A DNA stretch of 64,000 bases. It comes from Chlorokybus atmophyticus (lineage: Eukaryota > Plantae > Mesostigma and Chlorokybus algae). The notes under the pieces are model-generated. The model was not told where the DNA came from. It saw only the letters and a program-made list of their open reading frames with translations, and made no database searches. Positions within the stretch are counted from its first letter, which is position 1; every line of letters begins with the position of its first letter. Shown here one piece after another: positions 13,551 through 27,394 of this stretch. The stretch lies in assembly GCA_009103225.1 (NCBI GenBank), contig RHPI01002264.1, positions 111,644 through 175,643 of the forward strand. Reading direction: 5' to 3'. Made by a program: the position numbers and the translations under genes.

Positions 13551-16500
13551 CTCCTCCCCCCCTAGGTGAGCTTCGTCCTCGAAGCTCTCGAAGATTCTCT
13601 GATTGTCGTTGCAAATACGGTTGCGGGATATGTTGTGCATTTGCCAAGTGCTCCTTCGGTTCTCAAGTGGCTTCATGCATCAGTTAGCGTTTCCACTTCA
13701 CCAAATCACTTTCCACTTCACCACTACGGTATTTGCGCACGTTGCGCACCATCTTCTCACCCAATATGCCTTCACTGCGCATTCCATATGACCTTCCGTA
13801 GCCAACTCAGGCGGTGGACACAATGGTGGCTCTCCTCGATATGATTTTAGCAGGGATATGTGAAAGACAGGGTGGATGTGCATAGACTCGGGCAGGCAAC
13901 TTGTACGCCGCTTCCGAAACCACTTTTAAGACTTGAATTGGCCCAAGCCAGCGCTTACTCAACTTGCAAAATTTAGCACGCACCTGTAAGCTCCTCGCAG
14001 ATTGCAATACCATGTCGCTTTCTTGAAACGTGACATGTCGGCGATGCGCGTCTACGTACTGTTTTTGCCTATTATTAGCCACCAATCGCGCCTCTCTCGC
14101 TGCCTTGTTGCTGTCCGCACACATTGTAAGAAAATCGCTTACTACTTCCATATTAACATCACTTTGTCGCGAGGTCCACGCCACCAGCAGTGTCAGCGGG
14201 TGTTGGCCGTAGTTCATGAAAAAGGGGGTGACACAAGTGCTTGCATTGGTGTGGTTGTTGATGGCAAATTCCACCACTTCCAGCAACTCCGCCCAGTTGT
14301 CTTGCATTCACGTAGCAGCGCAACATATCTTCAATCACACGGTTCGCTCGCTCCGTTTGGCCATCAGTTTGCGGGTGGAAAGCCGTGCTAATCTTTAAGG
14401 TAGTACCCAGTGCACTTTGCAGCGCCTCCCAAAACGTACTTGTAAAGCGGGGATCACGATCGCTCATAATGCTTCGTGGTAGTCCGTGGGAATGAAAGAC
14501 ATGCTTTAAAAACAAGCTTGCTGCCTCTGGTGCCGTGCAAGACTCACAACGCGGTGCCAAGCGTACCATTTTGCTGGTTTTGTCTACAAATACAAGTATT
14601 GCGTCGTACCCTTCTATTGTCTTCAGCAGCCCCGTAATAAAGTCCATAGTAACTTGCTCCCACTTGGACAATGGCACGGGAAGAGGTTGTAGCAACCCAC
14701 CTGGCTTTTGGTTGCTTGCTTTCACCCTTTGACATGCGTCGCACAACGCCACATAGTCGCGTACATCACAATGCATCTCCAGCCAGTAAAAGCATTGTTT
14801 CAAGCTTGCCAATGTCCTCTCCACTCCTTGGTGGCTAGCAATGGGTACGTTATGAGCTTCCTTAGAAGTTGAACGCGTATATGTGCAACATCAGGGATGT
14901 ACAAGCGGCCATGATGCCATTATCGGCCGTCTTGCTTTGACAAATGTCCACTTGTGTCCGTTGCTGTGCTCTCCATGTCTCGTAAGACTGTCCTACCCTC
15001 TGTCTTCGCAAAGCACTTGGCGCATCTGGTCGGCCCACTCCGGTTGCACTTAAGCGAGTGCTTCAATCGCATTCAACCGGCTTAACGCGTCGGCCACGCT
15101 ATTAGACGTACCAAGCTTGTACTCAATCTTCAAATCAAAAAGTCGAAAGAACTCCACCAACCGCGCTTGTCTCCGGCTTGGATGTGGTTGTGTCTGTAAG
15201 TACCTCAATGGGGGAATGGTCCGTCCTGAGCCCGAACGCTTTGCTTAAAAAAAGCATCGCCATTGTCGCAGCGCCATACTTGCGCAAATAGCTCCTTCTT
15301 GTGCACACGGTAGATCAGCTCTGCTCCACTTAGTTTCTTATTACAGAACGCTACAGGTTGAAGACCCATGCCTTGGTCTTGCTGTAACACAGCTCCAACA
15401 GCTGTGTCGGATGCGTCACAAGCCAAAGTGAATTTTTTCTGCATGTCGGGGTGAGCTAAGACGGGTGCCTCTGTCAACGCCTTCTTCAACGCAGCCAATG
15501 CATGCTCTTCCTTTGTAGGCCAGCTCCAAGACATCCCTTTCTTGAGTTGGATGGTCACAGGGCCGCAATGCGCAAAAATACCATGATAAACTTGCGATAA
15601 TACTGCAAGGCCTAAGAACGACATTACCTCCTTCACGTTGGTCGGGGCTGACCATTCGCGCACCACGTGCACTTTGTTAGCGTCCGGCTTGATCCCTTCG
15701 TGTGACATAATGTGGCCCAGGTACTCCACCTCGCGTAGCAAAAACGTGCACTTCCATAGCTGAGCGTACAACTTGTGCTCGCATAAATGCTGCAACCCCC
15801 GCCATAGAAGACTCACATGCTCGTCCTTCGTCTTCAAGTACACTAGAATGTTGTAGAGGTACACGAGGACTCCCTTACCCAGCAAGTCAGCAAAAACGCT
15901 ATTCAACGTCTGAAACGTCGCTAGCGTGTTCGTAAGCCCAAACAACATCACTAACAACTCATAATGTCCATAGCGCGTGTTGAACGCTGAGTTCTCCACG
16001 TCCTCAGGTGCGATGCGGATCTGATGATAACCTCCACCAAGATCAAGTGTGGTAAAGTAGTGTGCACCTTGTAGCTGCTCCAGCAACTTGCCAATACGCG
16101 GTAGTCGTATCGGCAAGTTGATGGATAGTCAATGCACATACGCAGGCTCCCAATTTTCCTTTCGCACGGACAATGTTGTTGCACCATAAGGTGACTTACT
16201 TAGCCGGATGTAACTTCTCTTCAGAAGATCCGCTATCTGCTTCTCGGCCTCCTCCAACTCCAGAGGTGAACTTATACACAGGCCTGGTGGGTGGCTTGTG
16301 CACGCCCTCAATCAACTCCACACGGTGATCAACGCTCCGTAAGGGTTGCAAACCAGCTGACAATCCGTCCACCATGATATCTTGGTAGTCATAAACAAGG
16401 TTGCACACCTCGGGGTCCATTGTGGCTGTTTGAGTGCAGTCACTCAGCTTCGGTGCTGACTTTGATGTGCTCTAACGCACCACGCACAACCATGCAGCCT

Positions 16501-16640
16501 TTGCTTTTTGTGGGATAGCAGCCTCCTCAATTGCACATAGGAAACTTGAGCAATGCTAATCCCACATGATTGCGCGTGCCGTGCCTTTCCGGTGCTTGTA
16601 TCCCCTTGCAGGTGCTCAACGCACATGCGCATGTGAACTG
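12883..16640 (-). mobile_element. Element A: 5'-truncated, degenerate Ty3/gypsy chromovirus related to element B
   Basis: RT (LDLGGGYHQIRI, VYLYNILVY), RNase H (LACDASDTAVGAVLQQ), integrase (DFITGL, SDRDPRFTS, TDGQTERANR) and chromodomain remnants, with stops and frameshifts; polypurine tract GGGGGGAGGAG before the 3' LTR. Confidence 0.9.
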
Positions 16641-16649
16641 CACGCCATG

Positions 16650-19500
16650 TCACCTCCCTTGTAAGGGTGACATGGCGCGCAGTTCACCATGTTGTCTTTC
16701 AACCTCTCGCCATTCTGACCAAGGAGGTCCAGCACTCCTGTGGGGTACACCTTGAGCACCTTGTAAACGGTGCGGCCCACGGAGGTGTCGAGCGTGTCCT
16801 TGGTGGCCGCCATGCGATAGGCAAAGTCCCCTGCTTGAAACCGCCGTTGGCATTCCTTGTGGAAGCCGCTCCGCACACGCTCGTAGCGCGGGGTGTCGCG
16901 GTGCTGTGCAATGCGCAGATTGTTGAAGGCCATCGGGACGGTGTGCTCGAGCGTGGCGCGTGTGGTGATATCGTGGTGCATCCAGCCGGGATCGTCGAGG
17001 TTGTTTACCACACGGTCTACTTCCTGCTGTGCATGAAAGGGAAGCAACGGCGGACGCCCGAACAGCAGAATCGGTAACAAAGATTGCTTTGACAATCTTG
17101 GTTACCTATTGTAAAAGCAGGCGGTTATTGTTATCGCCTGCTTTGACAATCGGTAACGAAGAGCCACCCACGGAAGGTGGTTGCCCAAGGTGTTCTTCTC
17201 ATAATTTAGCACGTACTTGCGGAGTGCCTTCTTGATAGTCTGTACTGTCCGCTCGGCGAGACCGTCGGCTTGAAGGTGGTCACGAGAAGTGCGGCGATGA
17301 TCGATGTAGCATCTGTCCAGCAGGGTGTCAAGCTCCCCTCTAAACTCAATGCCCTGGTCGGTGATGACCTCAGCGCAGCTGCCGAACCGGCTGAGGACAT
17401 GGGAGAGGAAGGCTTGAGACACCCCCCTGCTGCTCTTGTCGGGTAATGGCACCAGCTCCACCCGTTTGAAGAAGTGCTCAATCATGACCAGGATGTAGCG
17501 GTTGCCCCGGGCCGAGGGTGCCAAGTCTCCCAAGATGTCGAGTCCCTAGCTATAAAACAGCCCTGAGATGGGGAGAGGGTGCAAGGTGGCGCTGCATGTG
17601 TTGAGGCTGGCGCGTACCATGTCACATTGTTGGCAGCGACTGACGAACCCCTGCACCTGTTTGGACAGTCCATACCACCAATATTGCGCCCTTACCAGGC
17701 TGATGGTACGCTTGACACCGAAGTGTCCAAGCTCAGTGTGGAGGGCAGCGATGATGCCCTCGCGTGTGGCTAGTGTTGGCACCTCTTTGTCCTCGTCCTG
17801 GACGAGGCGGTACACCTTGTCATCCGCCCACCGATAGTGGCGGGTGCGTTGATTGACACGATCTTTCTCTCGTGTACTCATGTTGGAGGGAAGCTGGCCA
17901 CTTTAAAGGAAGGAGAATAATGGCTTGTCCAGCCATATGTCCTGGCTGGTGTCGGTGGGTGCCAGCTCGGGGTCGTCGACTTCGATGTCGACTGCATCGA
18001 CGTCCCCTAGGGGTGTGGTCACTGTGGGGTCGGTAGACTGAAGAGCAAAAATCTCCTCTGTCGTTGAGGTGGTGTTGATGTGGCGCCCGGACCGTAACGC
18101 GGCAACAGCAAACATGGCCGTCATGGTGGGAGCTGCTGCTGCGGGGCTGAGCTCATGCCGAGCTCCGGTTGCATTGTTGGTGCTGCGGTGAGGGTTGCGA
18201 CTGAGGCCATCAGCGTCCTGGTTGGTGAGGCCGGCGCGGTGGTCGATCTCGAAATCATACTCTTGCAGCAACAGGGCCCAGCGAGCGAGTTTCCCTGTCA
18301 GATGTTGGTTGGTCATCAACCACTTGAGTGGCTGATGATCGGTGATCAGCTGGCATTGTCGACCAAAGAGGAAAGGTCTGAAGAAGGAGATAGCCCATAC
18401 TGCAGCGAGGCACTCCCCCTCGTAGCTGTTGTAGTTGGCCTCAGCGCTATTGTTGCTTCGGCTGGCGTACGACACCACTCGCTCCTTCTTGTTCTCATCG
18501 TGCTGTTTTAGCACAGCCCCCATCCCAAGCTTGCTCCAGTCGGTGTGGAGGATGAAGGGCTTGTTGTAGTCAGGACGTTGCAGAATGGGAGCGGTGGCGA
18601 GCCTGCCCTTTAGCTCCTCAAACATCTGCTGTTGTGGCTCCTTCCACGCAAACTCGTTGAGGGGTCGCGCGATCGTTGCAAAGTCCTTCACGAACCGGCG
18701 ATACTAGTTGGCAAGGCCTAGAATGGTACGCAGGCGTGTAAGGTCTGTTGGAACAGGGATAGCCGACAAAGCCTCCACCTTTGCCTGCTATATGTACACA
18801 CTGTGGGGCACAATCATGTGCCCTAAGTAGGGTACCTTGCGAGTGAAGAAGGTGCACTTGTCGGGGTGCACTGTCATCCCCTTGAGTCTTTCCAGCACTC
18901 CCTCGATGTGTGCAGGTGCTCGTCGTTATTGCAAATGAAGATGAGAATGTCGTCAATGTAGCATAGCGCGAAGTCCAGCCCCTTCAAGGCTTTGTCCATG
19001 ACGCGCTGGAACTTGGCAGGAGCGTTTTTTAGTCCGAAGAGCATGACCTTCCACTGATACAGCTGCCGGTTGCCCCAGAAAGAGGTCTTATGCTTGTCCT
19101 CCTCCTTGATGGCGATCTGGTTGTACCCTTGCCGCATATCCAGGATGCTGAAGACGGTGCAATCCCCTGCATCATCAAAGATACCCTCTACAGTAGGCAT
19201 TGAATACCTGTCTTGTTGTTGAGGGGGTGATAGTCGCCGCACATGCGCCGGTCTGTCCAGTTGCCTGCTGAATCCTTCTTCAGGGGCATGACGGTCGCGG
19301 CCGCAAAGTCCGATGTGGACTCCTCAATCAGGCCTGCTAGCAGAGCCTTGCACCTCTGCTCCACCAAGTCTTCTAACTTGGAGAGTCGGTACTGTCGACG
19401 AAACACCGATTCGGTGTCCACCAACTCGATGTCCATCTGGTAAACTGAGCAAACGCCTAGTTCCTTTATGCCGAAACTGAACTGACTTCTCCACTTGTTG
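16650..19500 (-). pseudogene. Element C pol (RT about 19500-18700, RNase H 18691-17903, integrase 17881-16650), frameshifted
   Basis: ORF-track pieces 19188-19436, 18874-19242, 17903-18691, 17546-17881, 17102-17533 and 16616-17095 carry consecutive pol motifs in different frames. Confidence 0.9.
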
Positions 19501-21192
19501 AGGAGAGCCTTCAGTTGTTCTCGCGTTTAGCCTGTAGCCAGTGGTCTAATGGCATGGGACCAAGAGGTGGCGTTGGCGACCACTGGGATGTCCTCCACAG
19601 TGACTGCTGCCTGCTCCTCCATATGGGCGAATTCGAGGGCAGTGTGTGCCGCTTTGGTCTCTTGCACACAATCGCCCNGGTTGCCCCAAAAGGAGGTCTT
19701 GTGCTTGTCCTCCTCCTTGATGGCAATCTGGTTGTACCCTTGGCGCATGTCCAGGGCGCTGAAGACGGTACAGTCTCCTACATCATTTAAATATACCTTC
19801 TGCCGTAAGCATTGGATACCTGTCTTGCTTGGTTTTGTTGTTGCGGGGGCGGTATTCGCCGCACATACGCCGGTTTGTCCAGTTGCCTGCTGAATCCTTC
19901 TTTAGGGGCATGACGGTTGCGGCCGCCAGGTCCGATGTAGACTCCTCAATCAGGCCTGCATCTAGCAGAGCCTTGCACCTCTGCTCCACCAAGTCTTCTT
20001 GCAACTTGGAGAATCGATACTATCATCGAAACACCAGTTTGGTGTCCACCAACTCAATGTCCATCTAATAAATTGACCAAACGCCCGGTTCTTTCACGCT
20101 GAAGCTGAATTGACTCCTCCACTTGTTGAGAAGAGCCTCAAGTTATTCTCGCGTCTGGCCTATAGCCAGTGGTATAATGCCATGGGACCAAAAGGTAGCG
20201 TTGGCGACTACTGGGATGTCTTCCATAATGACTGCTGTTTGCTCCTCCATATGGGCGGTATGTGCCGCTTTGGTCTCTTGCACGCAATTGGCCACCCCCC
20301 CGCCAGGTGTTTGAGCTCCTAGAAGGACACATGGCGGTCTTGGAGAGCACAATTCTAATAACCATACCATGCTGTTGTGATCTATGGCGCGTCTCAACAA
20401 TTGGCATTGCCGATTGTCGATCAGCGTGGAACCTGTGATACTGCCTGGAGAGAATATTCATGGCGCGTTCGCGCTCACGTGCGTTGGGTTCCTCTAGCTG
20501 GCCTGTGTTGGAATCCAACACCATGCCTGCGCCTTAGTTGCGGAAGGCGTATGATCCCGGCTAAGACACCAGAGTGGGGAGCGCACGACGTGGTTGACTA
20601 AACCGGTTGCACTGATAGATGTGCTGGTAATTATGTCGGGTGACTGGTTGTGCTGTGCGCTCAGTGCCCAAGATAGCATCAACGGTCAGATCGCGTGGAC
20701 GACTGCTGTATGATACTCAGCATCAAAGATTTCTTCGGCTGTTGCCAGGTTGGTCCACTTGGCGCGGGCGCGATGAGCACGGGAGCCATGCCGTGCTGCG
20801 TTGATTCTCAAGAGGGAACCGTAAAGTGAGCCGTGGTTTGGTCAGTAGTAGATGTGCGACCACCTGTGCGCGCCAGCGACGTTCCGCCGATATGTGATGG
20901 GCCACTTCTTCAATGGCATCTTTCTGAGACTCGTCGTATGGGATAAAAGAGTCTTGGTCCGAGTTGTGGGTGACCACCGCAGATGATCTGTCAGTGGTTG
21001 TTGAACCCGACCTGTGGGTGGTTGTTGCAGCTGATCGCCGGTGGGAAAGAGTGCGAGCCACCAGCTCGAGAGGCAGATATCCTTGAACCTCTCCGTCCTC
21101 CTCATCCGAATGAGGACAAAACCATGCCTTCTCTGTCCAGCAGTCCAGCCCCATGCCAACAGGAAATTGAAGTCTTGTCCCAACAACAGGTC

Positions 21193-21878
21193 TGTAACAG
21201 CCTGAACCCTTTTCCATATTTTAGTGCATGTATAATATGTGTTTTACCCTTTTTGGGCTTAATAAAGGATTTTGTAAGGCTTTATTGGGCCCTTCTGGCG
21301 CCGGCTCTACTGCATCGCGACTTCGCCTTCGCCAGCAGCTGCCAACCTGCGACGTGCTTGCCGCCGAGCCAATAGCGACGTGACCGCCGCGGCATGTGAC
21401 GTCACACCTGACTAGACTGTGCCAGGTGACGCGGACTTCGCAGTCAGCTACCTGCTGTGCAGTACCTCACGACGCGGAGTGCACAGTCAGCTGCCGCGTG
21501 AAAGGTACCCGACGCGAGGGGCAGCAGCCTGCACTCATATATTCCTTTAGACTTGGTAAATCATGAACAAAATGCCTGGTTATTAACCTGCTTAGTTTTG
21601 ATGCTGGCATAAATAGGAAATCCCTGTGTAATACAACCAACTTTGCTTTTTGCTCTCTGCTGTGAGTATACTGGTGTATGCTTGAGAGAGGCGTGATGCA
21701 AGGCACACTGCTGCATTCTTGCTTGGTGTGAGAAGTAGTAGTGTTCGTGTGCGTGTGCGCGCTCAATGCATGCGTATGCGCAAGGGAAGGCAAGGTTCCG
21801 GTGTGAAGACTGTGCTCAGTGTGCACACATGTGTTATATGACTTGTGTTCTGTGTATGTGAGCACGAGCATCGTTACA
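21193..21878 (+). repeat. 5' LTR of element B (686 bp)
   Basis: TGTAACAGCC...CATCGTTACA; matches the 3' LTR with about two dozen substitutions and two short indels (counted by eye). Confidence 0.97.
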
Positions 21879-22126
21879 GTGGTATCGGAGCCCTTTGAGT
21901 GGATGGCTTTCTTGTTTTAAGGGGATATTGACTATCTCTTTGGTGTGTGAGGTATTTTTTTGTTTATGGACGCTACCATGGATGATGCACGTGTTGTGGA
22001 GCTTTAGCAAGTGCTGGTGGCTGCTCATGAGGAGCTGCGACGTGTCCAAGCATCTGCCCAAGCTCAAGCGGCACAATTTCAACAAGCCATGGCACAAGCT
22101 CGCGCGTCCACGTCCGTTACAGTACT

Positions 22127-23011
22127 GTGGTTGCTCCATCAGCCTCTCGTTATGTGAAGCTACCAAAACCAAAGTCATTCAAGGGTCAAAGGGACGGTGA
22201 CTGTGTCGAGGATTGGGTGTTTGCCGTTTCGACATGGTTGAAGCTCACCGAGGTACCCATACATCTCCGTGTCGATGTGAATGCTACTTTCTTTGAGGGA
22301 GCTGCACTTGTGTGGTGGCGTCATCGTTGTGCTCATGTGGAAGCTGGTCTTGAGGTTCCTTTCACTACCGTGGCTGAGCTGGCTGCTGAGGTAAAGAAAC
22401 ATTTTGTACCGGTGGAGAGTGTGAGGACGGCACGCGACCAGCTCTCTACGCTTGTGCAATCGCAGTGCGTGATGGCCTATACCTCTGCGTTTCAGCGTCT
22501 TGTGCTCTCCGTACCCAACATGACTGAGGAGGAGCAGCTAGACCGCTACACGCGTGGGTTGAAGACTCTTTGTCGCAAGGAAGTTGAGCTTCGTGACGCG
22601 TAGCCTCTCGCGGAGGCCATTCGCATCGCCGAGCGTACGGACGTGTTGTACTTCAAGGGCACTGCCAAATACGCTGATCGTGGACACTTCAATCAATCTC
22701 GTGGAGGTTCGTATCGCTCGTACGCATCTGTTGGGGCTGGTTCGGGAGCTGTAGCAGCTCATGGGGCTGGCTCGGGGCCAATTCCAATGGAGTTGGGTGC
22801 TCTCCATGTCTCCAAGAAGGGGACAAGGGGTCGAGAAGATTCCAAGGCAGTTCGGAAGTGTTGGGAGTGCTCTTCCGCTGATCATGTGCGCTCTAGCTGC
22901 CCCATCTTCAAAGCAAAGTCTGCTGCACATGCCCGCAACGCTCGCGGCGGTGGACGCGTGAACATGGTGGAGGAGGATATGTTACAGCCGGGAAACGGCT
23001 CACCTCAGTAA
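22127..23011 (+). pseudogene. Element B gag (retrotransposon gag domain plus CCHC knuckle), with one in-frame TAG near 22601
   Basis: KPKSFKGQRDGDCVEDWVF, LVQSQCVMAYTSAFQRL...YTRGLK, KCWECSSADHVRSSC. Confidence 0.9.
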
Positions 23012-23116
23012 CTGAAGCGGCTCTTGCTGGGGTGGTGATGCAGCCTCACTATGATGTTGAAGGTCCAGCGGCTGGCGTGGAAGCATTGTTGACGGCTGGC
23101 AGCAACGCAAAGCGGT

Positions 23117-26100
23117 ATGGTTCGTGTGCCCGACAAGGTGAGGCAGCTGTTTGGAGTCATGGCTCTGATCCGGGAGGGCAATGGGCCTTGGATGGAGTGT
23201 AAGATGCTAGTGGATTGCGGCGCGAACAGCAACTTTATGAGTCGTGAGGTTGCGCGTCGGCACAAGTGGCTGTCATGGGCAAATGCTGGCTCGGTGGCTC
23301 TAGCGGACGACTATGCGCCAGTAGGAGGAGCTTCTAAGCAAAGCAAAGAGCTTGAGATGCACGTGGGGATGATGAAGGATTGCCTACGCTTTTGCTGCAT
23401 CGAGCTGAACAATGGCTTTGATGGCATTTTGGGGCTACCTTGGCTTTGGACACATAACCCCGCCATTGATTGGAGGAAGCGCGTGCTCGCTGCCCCGGAA
23501 GCTGGTGGTGAGGTTTTAGTGTGCTTCTTAATGCTTTAATGCAAGGCGAGTGTGTGGTTCAAGAGCGTGTCAGCTGCGTCGAGGCTGCTAGCAATGTGCT
23601 GCATACGCGTGACGCGCACGACACGAAGGCGCGCCAGCAAGCTGCACCACAACATGCTTCTAGCTCAAGGGGAGAGGTTCCGGAGCTGGTGTCACGAGTT
23701 TTTAAGACCGAGATGGAGCAGATCTGGTCCGGGAACGACGTGAAGGATGCATGGCTGTGCATGGTGCGTGAGACACCTCCCAAGTTGGACTTGGAGCTGG
23801 TCGGCACTGTTTCGGAGAGTTTGGAGGACCCCGAGGTGCAGAAGTTGCTTAAGGAGTTCAAAGACGTCATGGTGGATGGGCTACCAGCTGGTCTGCCACC
23901 CACGCGAAGTGTTGATCACCGTGTGGAGCTGATAGAGGGCGTGCACAAGCCGCCGTACAGACCGGTGTACGGATTGTCTCCGGCTGAGCTCAAAGAGGCG
24001 AGGAACCAAGTCGAGGACCTTCTACAATGTGAGTACATCAGGCACAGCAAGTCTTCTTACGGTGCACCTATCCTATTTGTACGTAAGAAGAGCGGAGCCT
24101 TGCGCATGTGCATCGACTATCGGCCACTCAACAACATCACCAAGAAGAATGTGTTCCCTGTGCCACGCATTGATGAGTTGTTGGAGCAGCTCGAGGGTGC
24201 CGAGTTCTTCTCAAGCTTGGACCTAGCTGATGGCTACCACCAGATCCGTGTTGCACCTGAAGACGTTGAGAAGACGGCTTTCAACACTCGCTACGGCCAC
24301 CACGAGTGGTTGGTGATGTTCCTTGGCATGACAAACGCTCCGGCAACCTTTCAAACCTTGATGAATGAGGTCTTTGCTGATCTGATCGGCAAGGGTGTGC
24401 TAGTGTACCTCGACAACATCCTTGTGGTTACAAAGAGCAAGAGGGAGCACGCGGGGTTGCTACGCAAGGTGATGCAGCGTTTACGTCTACACAAGTTGTT
24501 TGCTCAGCTCAACAAGTGCCGCTTCTTGCTTGAGGAGGTAAAGTACCTTGGCCACATTGTATCCAAGCAAGGCATTAAGGCGGACCCGAACAAGATTGCC
24601 GCGATGCGCAATTGGGCTACTCCGAAGGATGTGAAGGGGGTCATGTCGTTCCTAGGGCTTGCCGGCTACTATCGCAAGTTTGTGAAGGGCTTCTCGCACT
24701 TGGCGGCACCATTAACGGCGTTGATAAGAAAGGGGGTGGCTTGGAGCTGGTCGGAGGCTGCAACAAAGGCATTTTCTGACTTGAAAGTGGCCCTAACAAC
24801 GGCTCCCGTGCTGCAGCATCCCAACATGCAATTGCCCTTCGTGGTGGCGTGCGATGCGTCCGACAAGGCCATTGGGGCAGTTTTGCAGCAAGATCACGGC
24901 AACGGTTTGCAACCGGTGGCCTATTTCAGCAAGAAGATGAGCGGATCTGAGCTCAATTACCCCATTCATGAGAAGGAATTGTTGGCGCAGGTGCTAGCAC
25001 TACGGCAATGGCGTTGTTTCCTTTAAGGCAAGCGCTTCACACTTGAAACGGACCACTCGCCATTGAGGTACCTTCAACCCAGCCTCATCTCTCGCGTCGG
25101 CAAGCTCGTTGGCTTGAGTGCTTCCAACTCCTTGACTTTGAAGTGAAGTACAAGCCCGGCTGTTCAAACCAGGTGGCGGACGCGTTGAGTCGCCAACTCA
25201 ATGCGCTCGAAACGGTGGTGCAAGTGCAGCCCGCGTGGTTAGATCAGATCCGAGCCTTGTTGCACGAGGACGCGGTAGGTGAAAAGACTATCAAGGCGCT
25301 GGAGAATGGGTCTGAGCATAGTGGCCTTTGGGCATTGAAGGAGGGGCTGCTATGGCATGGCGATCGCATGTACATACCCAACATTGCGCATATGCGCGTA
25401 GCATTGATGCGAGAAGCGCATGACGTGCCAATGGCTAGTCATCAAGGGCTGGAACGGACGTTGGCCTTGTTGAAACAGAGATTTTTTTGGTCGGAGATGC
25501 ATCGTGATGTTAAAGACTATGTGGCATTGTGCGACACTTGTCAAAGGGTGAAGGCGAGCAATCAACGCACCAGCGGGCTGCTCCAACCATTGCCGATACC
25601 TTTGACGAAGTGGGAGCAAGTTACTCTCGACTTCATTACGGGGCTGCCACGTACACGCGAAGGGCATGATGCTATCTTGGTGTTTGTGGACAAGACCAGC
25701 AAAATGGTGCGATTGGCGCCATGTACGGAGACTTGCACGGCTCCTGAGGCTGCCAAGTTGTTCATCAAGCATGTGGTGCGGTCTCATGGCCTTCCAAGGA
25801 GCATTGTAAGTGATCGAGACCCGCGCTTGACTGGCAACTTTTGGAGAGCTCTCCACTCAGCTCTAGGCACGAGCTTGAAGTTCAGCACCGCGTACCACCC
25901 CGAAACGGACGGCCAAACTGAGCGCGCCAACCGCGTGATTGAGGACATGTTACGGTGCTATGTGAACAGCCGTCAAGACAATTGGGGAGACATGCTGGAG
26001 CTGACCGAGTTTACCATCAACAACCACAAAAGTGCAAGCACGGGCGTGACACCTTTCCTCCTGAACTACGGGCAACATCCTTTGACGCCATTGACGGCGT

Positions 26101-26666
26101 GGGTGCCTAGCATGCAAAGCTCCAACGTAGAGGCCGAGGATGGCTTTCTTGTGAGGTGTGCAGACATTACCAAGGCAGCTGGTGAGGCTCTAATCATGGC
26201 ACAAAACAGGCAAAAGCAATACGCCGATGCACATCGCAAGCATGTTATCTTTTCGGAGGGTGATTGTGTGATGCTCTCTACGAAGCATGTGCAGCTGGTC
26301 ACAGGTGTGCGCAAGCTGAGTGAGCAATGGTTGGGGCCTTTCAATGTAATCAAGGTCATCTCAGAGGTAGCGTACAAGCTGGAGCTGCCCGATACCATGC
26401 ACGTGCACACCGATTTTCATGTCTCGCTCCTTAAAGCTTACAAGGGGGAGCCGCCACCTCCCCCGCCTCCGGATTTAGTTCGTGAGGGTCAAGCTGAGTG
26501 GGAGGTGGAGGCAATTGTCAGTGATAAGCTGGTGGGAGGTGTGCGCAAGTATTTGGTAAAGTGGCGCGGCTATCCCATGCACGAGGCAACGTACGAACCC
26601 GAGGAGAGTTTCACCAACGCCGAACAGATTTTGCAGGAGTACAAGGCCAAGGGAGGCACTCGTTAG
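23117..26666 (+). pseudogene. Element B pol: protease, RT, RNase H, integrase and chromodomain, with frameshifts and a stop at 25024
   Basis: LVDCGANSNF; LDLADGYHQIRV, VYLDNIL; VACDASDKAIGAVLQQ; HDVPMASH...CDTCQR, SDRDPRLT, TDGQTERANR; EWEVEAIV...YLVKWRGYPMHEATYEPEESF. Confidence 0.95.
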
Positions 26667-26700
26667 CTTCGAGGGCGAAGCTTCCCCAGAGGGGAAGGGG

Positions 26701-27394
26701 TGTAACAGCCTGGACCCTTTTCCATATTTTAGTGCATGTATAATATGTGTTTTACCCTTTTCTGGCTTAATAAAGGGTTTTGTAAGGCTTTATTGGGCCC
26801 TTCTGGCGCCGGCTCTACTGCAGCGCGCGACTTCGCCTTTGCCAGCAGCTGCCAACATGCGACGTGCTTGCCGCCGAGCCAATAGCGACGTGACTGCCGC
26901 GGCATGTGACATCACACCTGACTGGACTGTGCCAGGTGACGCGGACTTCGCAGTCAGCTACCTGCTGTGCAGTACCTCACGACGCGGAGTGCACAGTCAG
27001 CTGCCGCGTGAAAGGTACCCGACGCGAGGGGCAGCAGCCTGCACTCATATATTCCTTTAGACTTGGTAAATCATGAACAAAATGCCTGGTTATTAACCTG
27101 CTTAGTTTTGGTGCTGGCATAAATAGGACAACCCTGTGTAATACAACCAACTTTGCTTTCTGCTCTCTGCTGCGAGTATACTGGTGTATGCTTGAGAGAG
27201 GCGTGATCCAAGGCACACAGCTGCGTTCTTGCTTGGTGTGAGAAGTAGTAGTGTTTGTGTGCGTGTGCGCGTGCGCGCTCAACGCATGCGTATGCGTGAG
27301 GGAAGGCAAGGTTCCGGTGTGAAGACTGTGCTCAGTGTGCACACATGTGTTGTATGACTTGTGTGCTGTGTATGTGAGCACGAGCATCGTTACA
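26701..27394 (+). repeat. 3' LTR of element B (694 bp)
   Basis: Same sequence as 21193-21878; directly follows the PPT. Confidence 0.97.

Larger units (their letters stand above)
21193..27394 (+). mobile_element. Element B: full-length Ty3/gypsy chromovirus with both LTRs, PBS, PPT and a 5-bp TSD (AGGTC); ORFs disrupted
   Basis: TG...CA LTRs 21193-21878 and 26701-27394; AGGTC at 21188-21192 and 27395-27399; PBS TGGTATCGGAGC at 21880-21891 (tRNA-iMet-like); PPT AGAGGGGAAGGGG ending at 26700. Confidence 0.97.

Noticed and set aside
19075-20330. Tandem duplication of about 600 bp of the RT N-terminal region in element C
   Set aside because: The two diverged copies are joined exactly at a single N (19678), so this may be a scaffolding join of two paralogues or haplotypes; not claimed as biology without reads
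21467-21871. 134-aa minus-strand ORF in the LTRs (also the tail of 26977-27669)
   Set aside because: LTR sequence without coding features; only the first about 92 aa of the 26977-27669 ORF are element C protease
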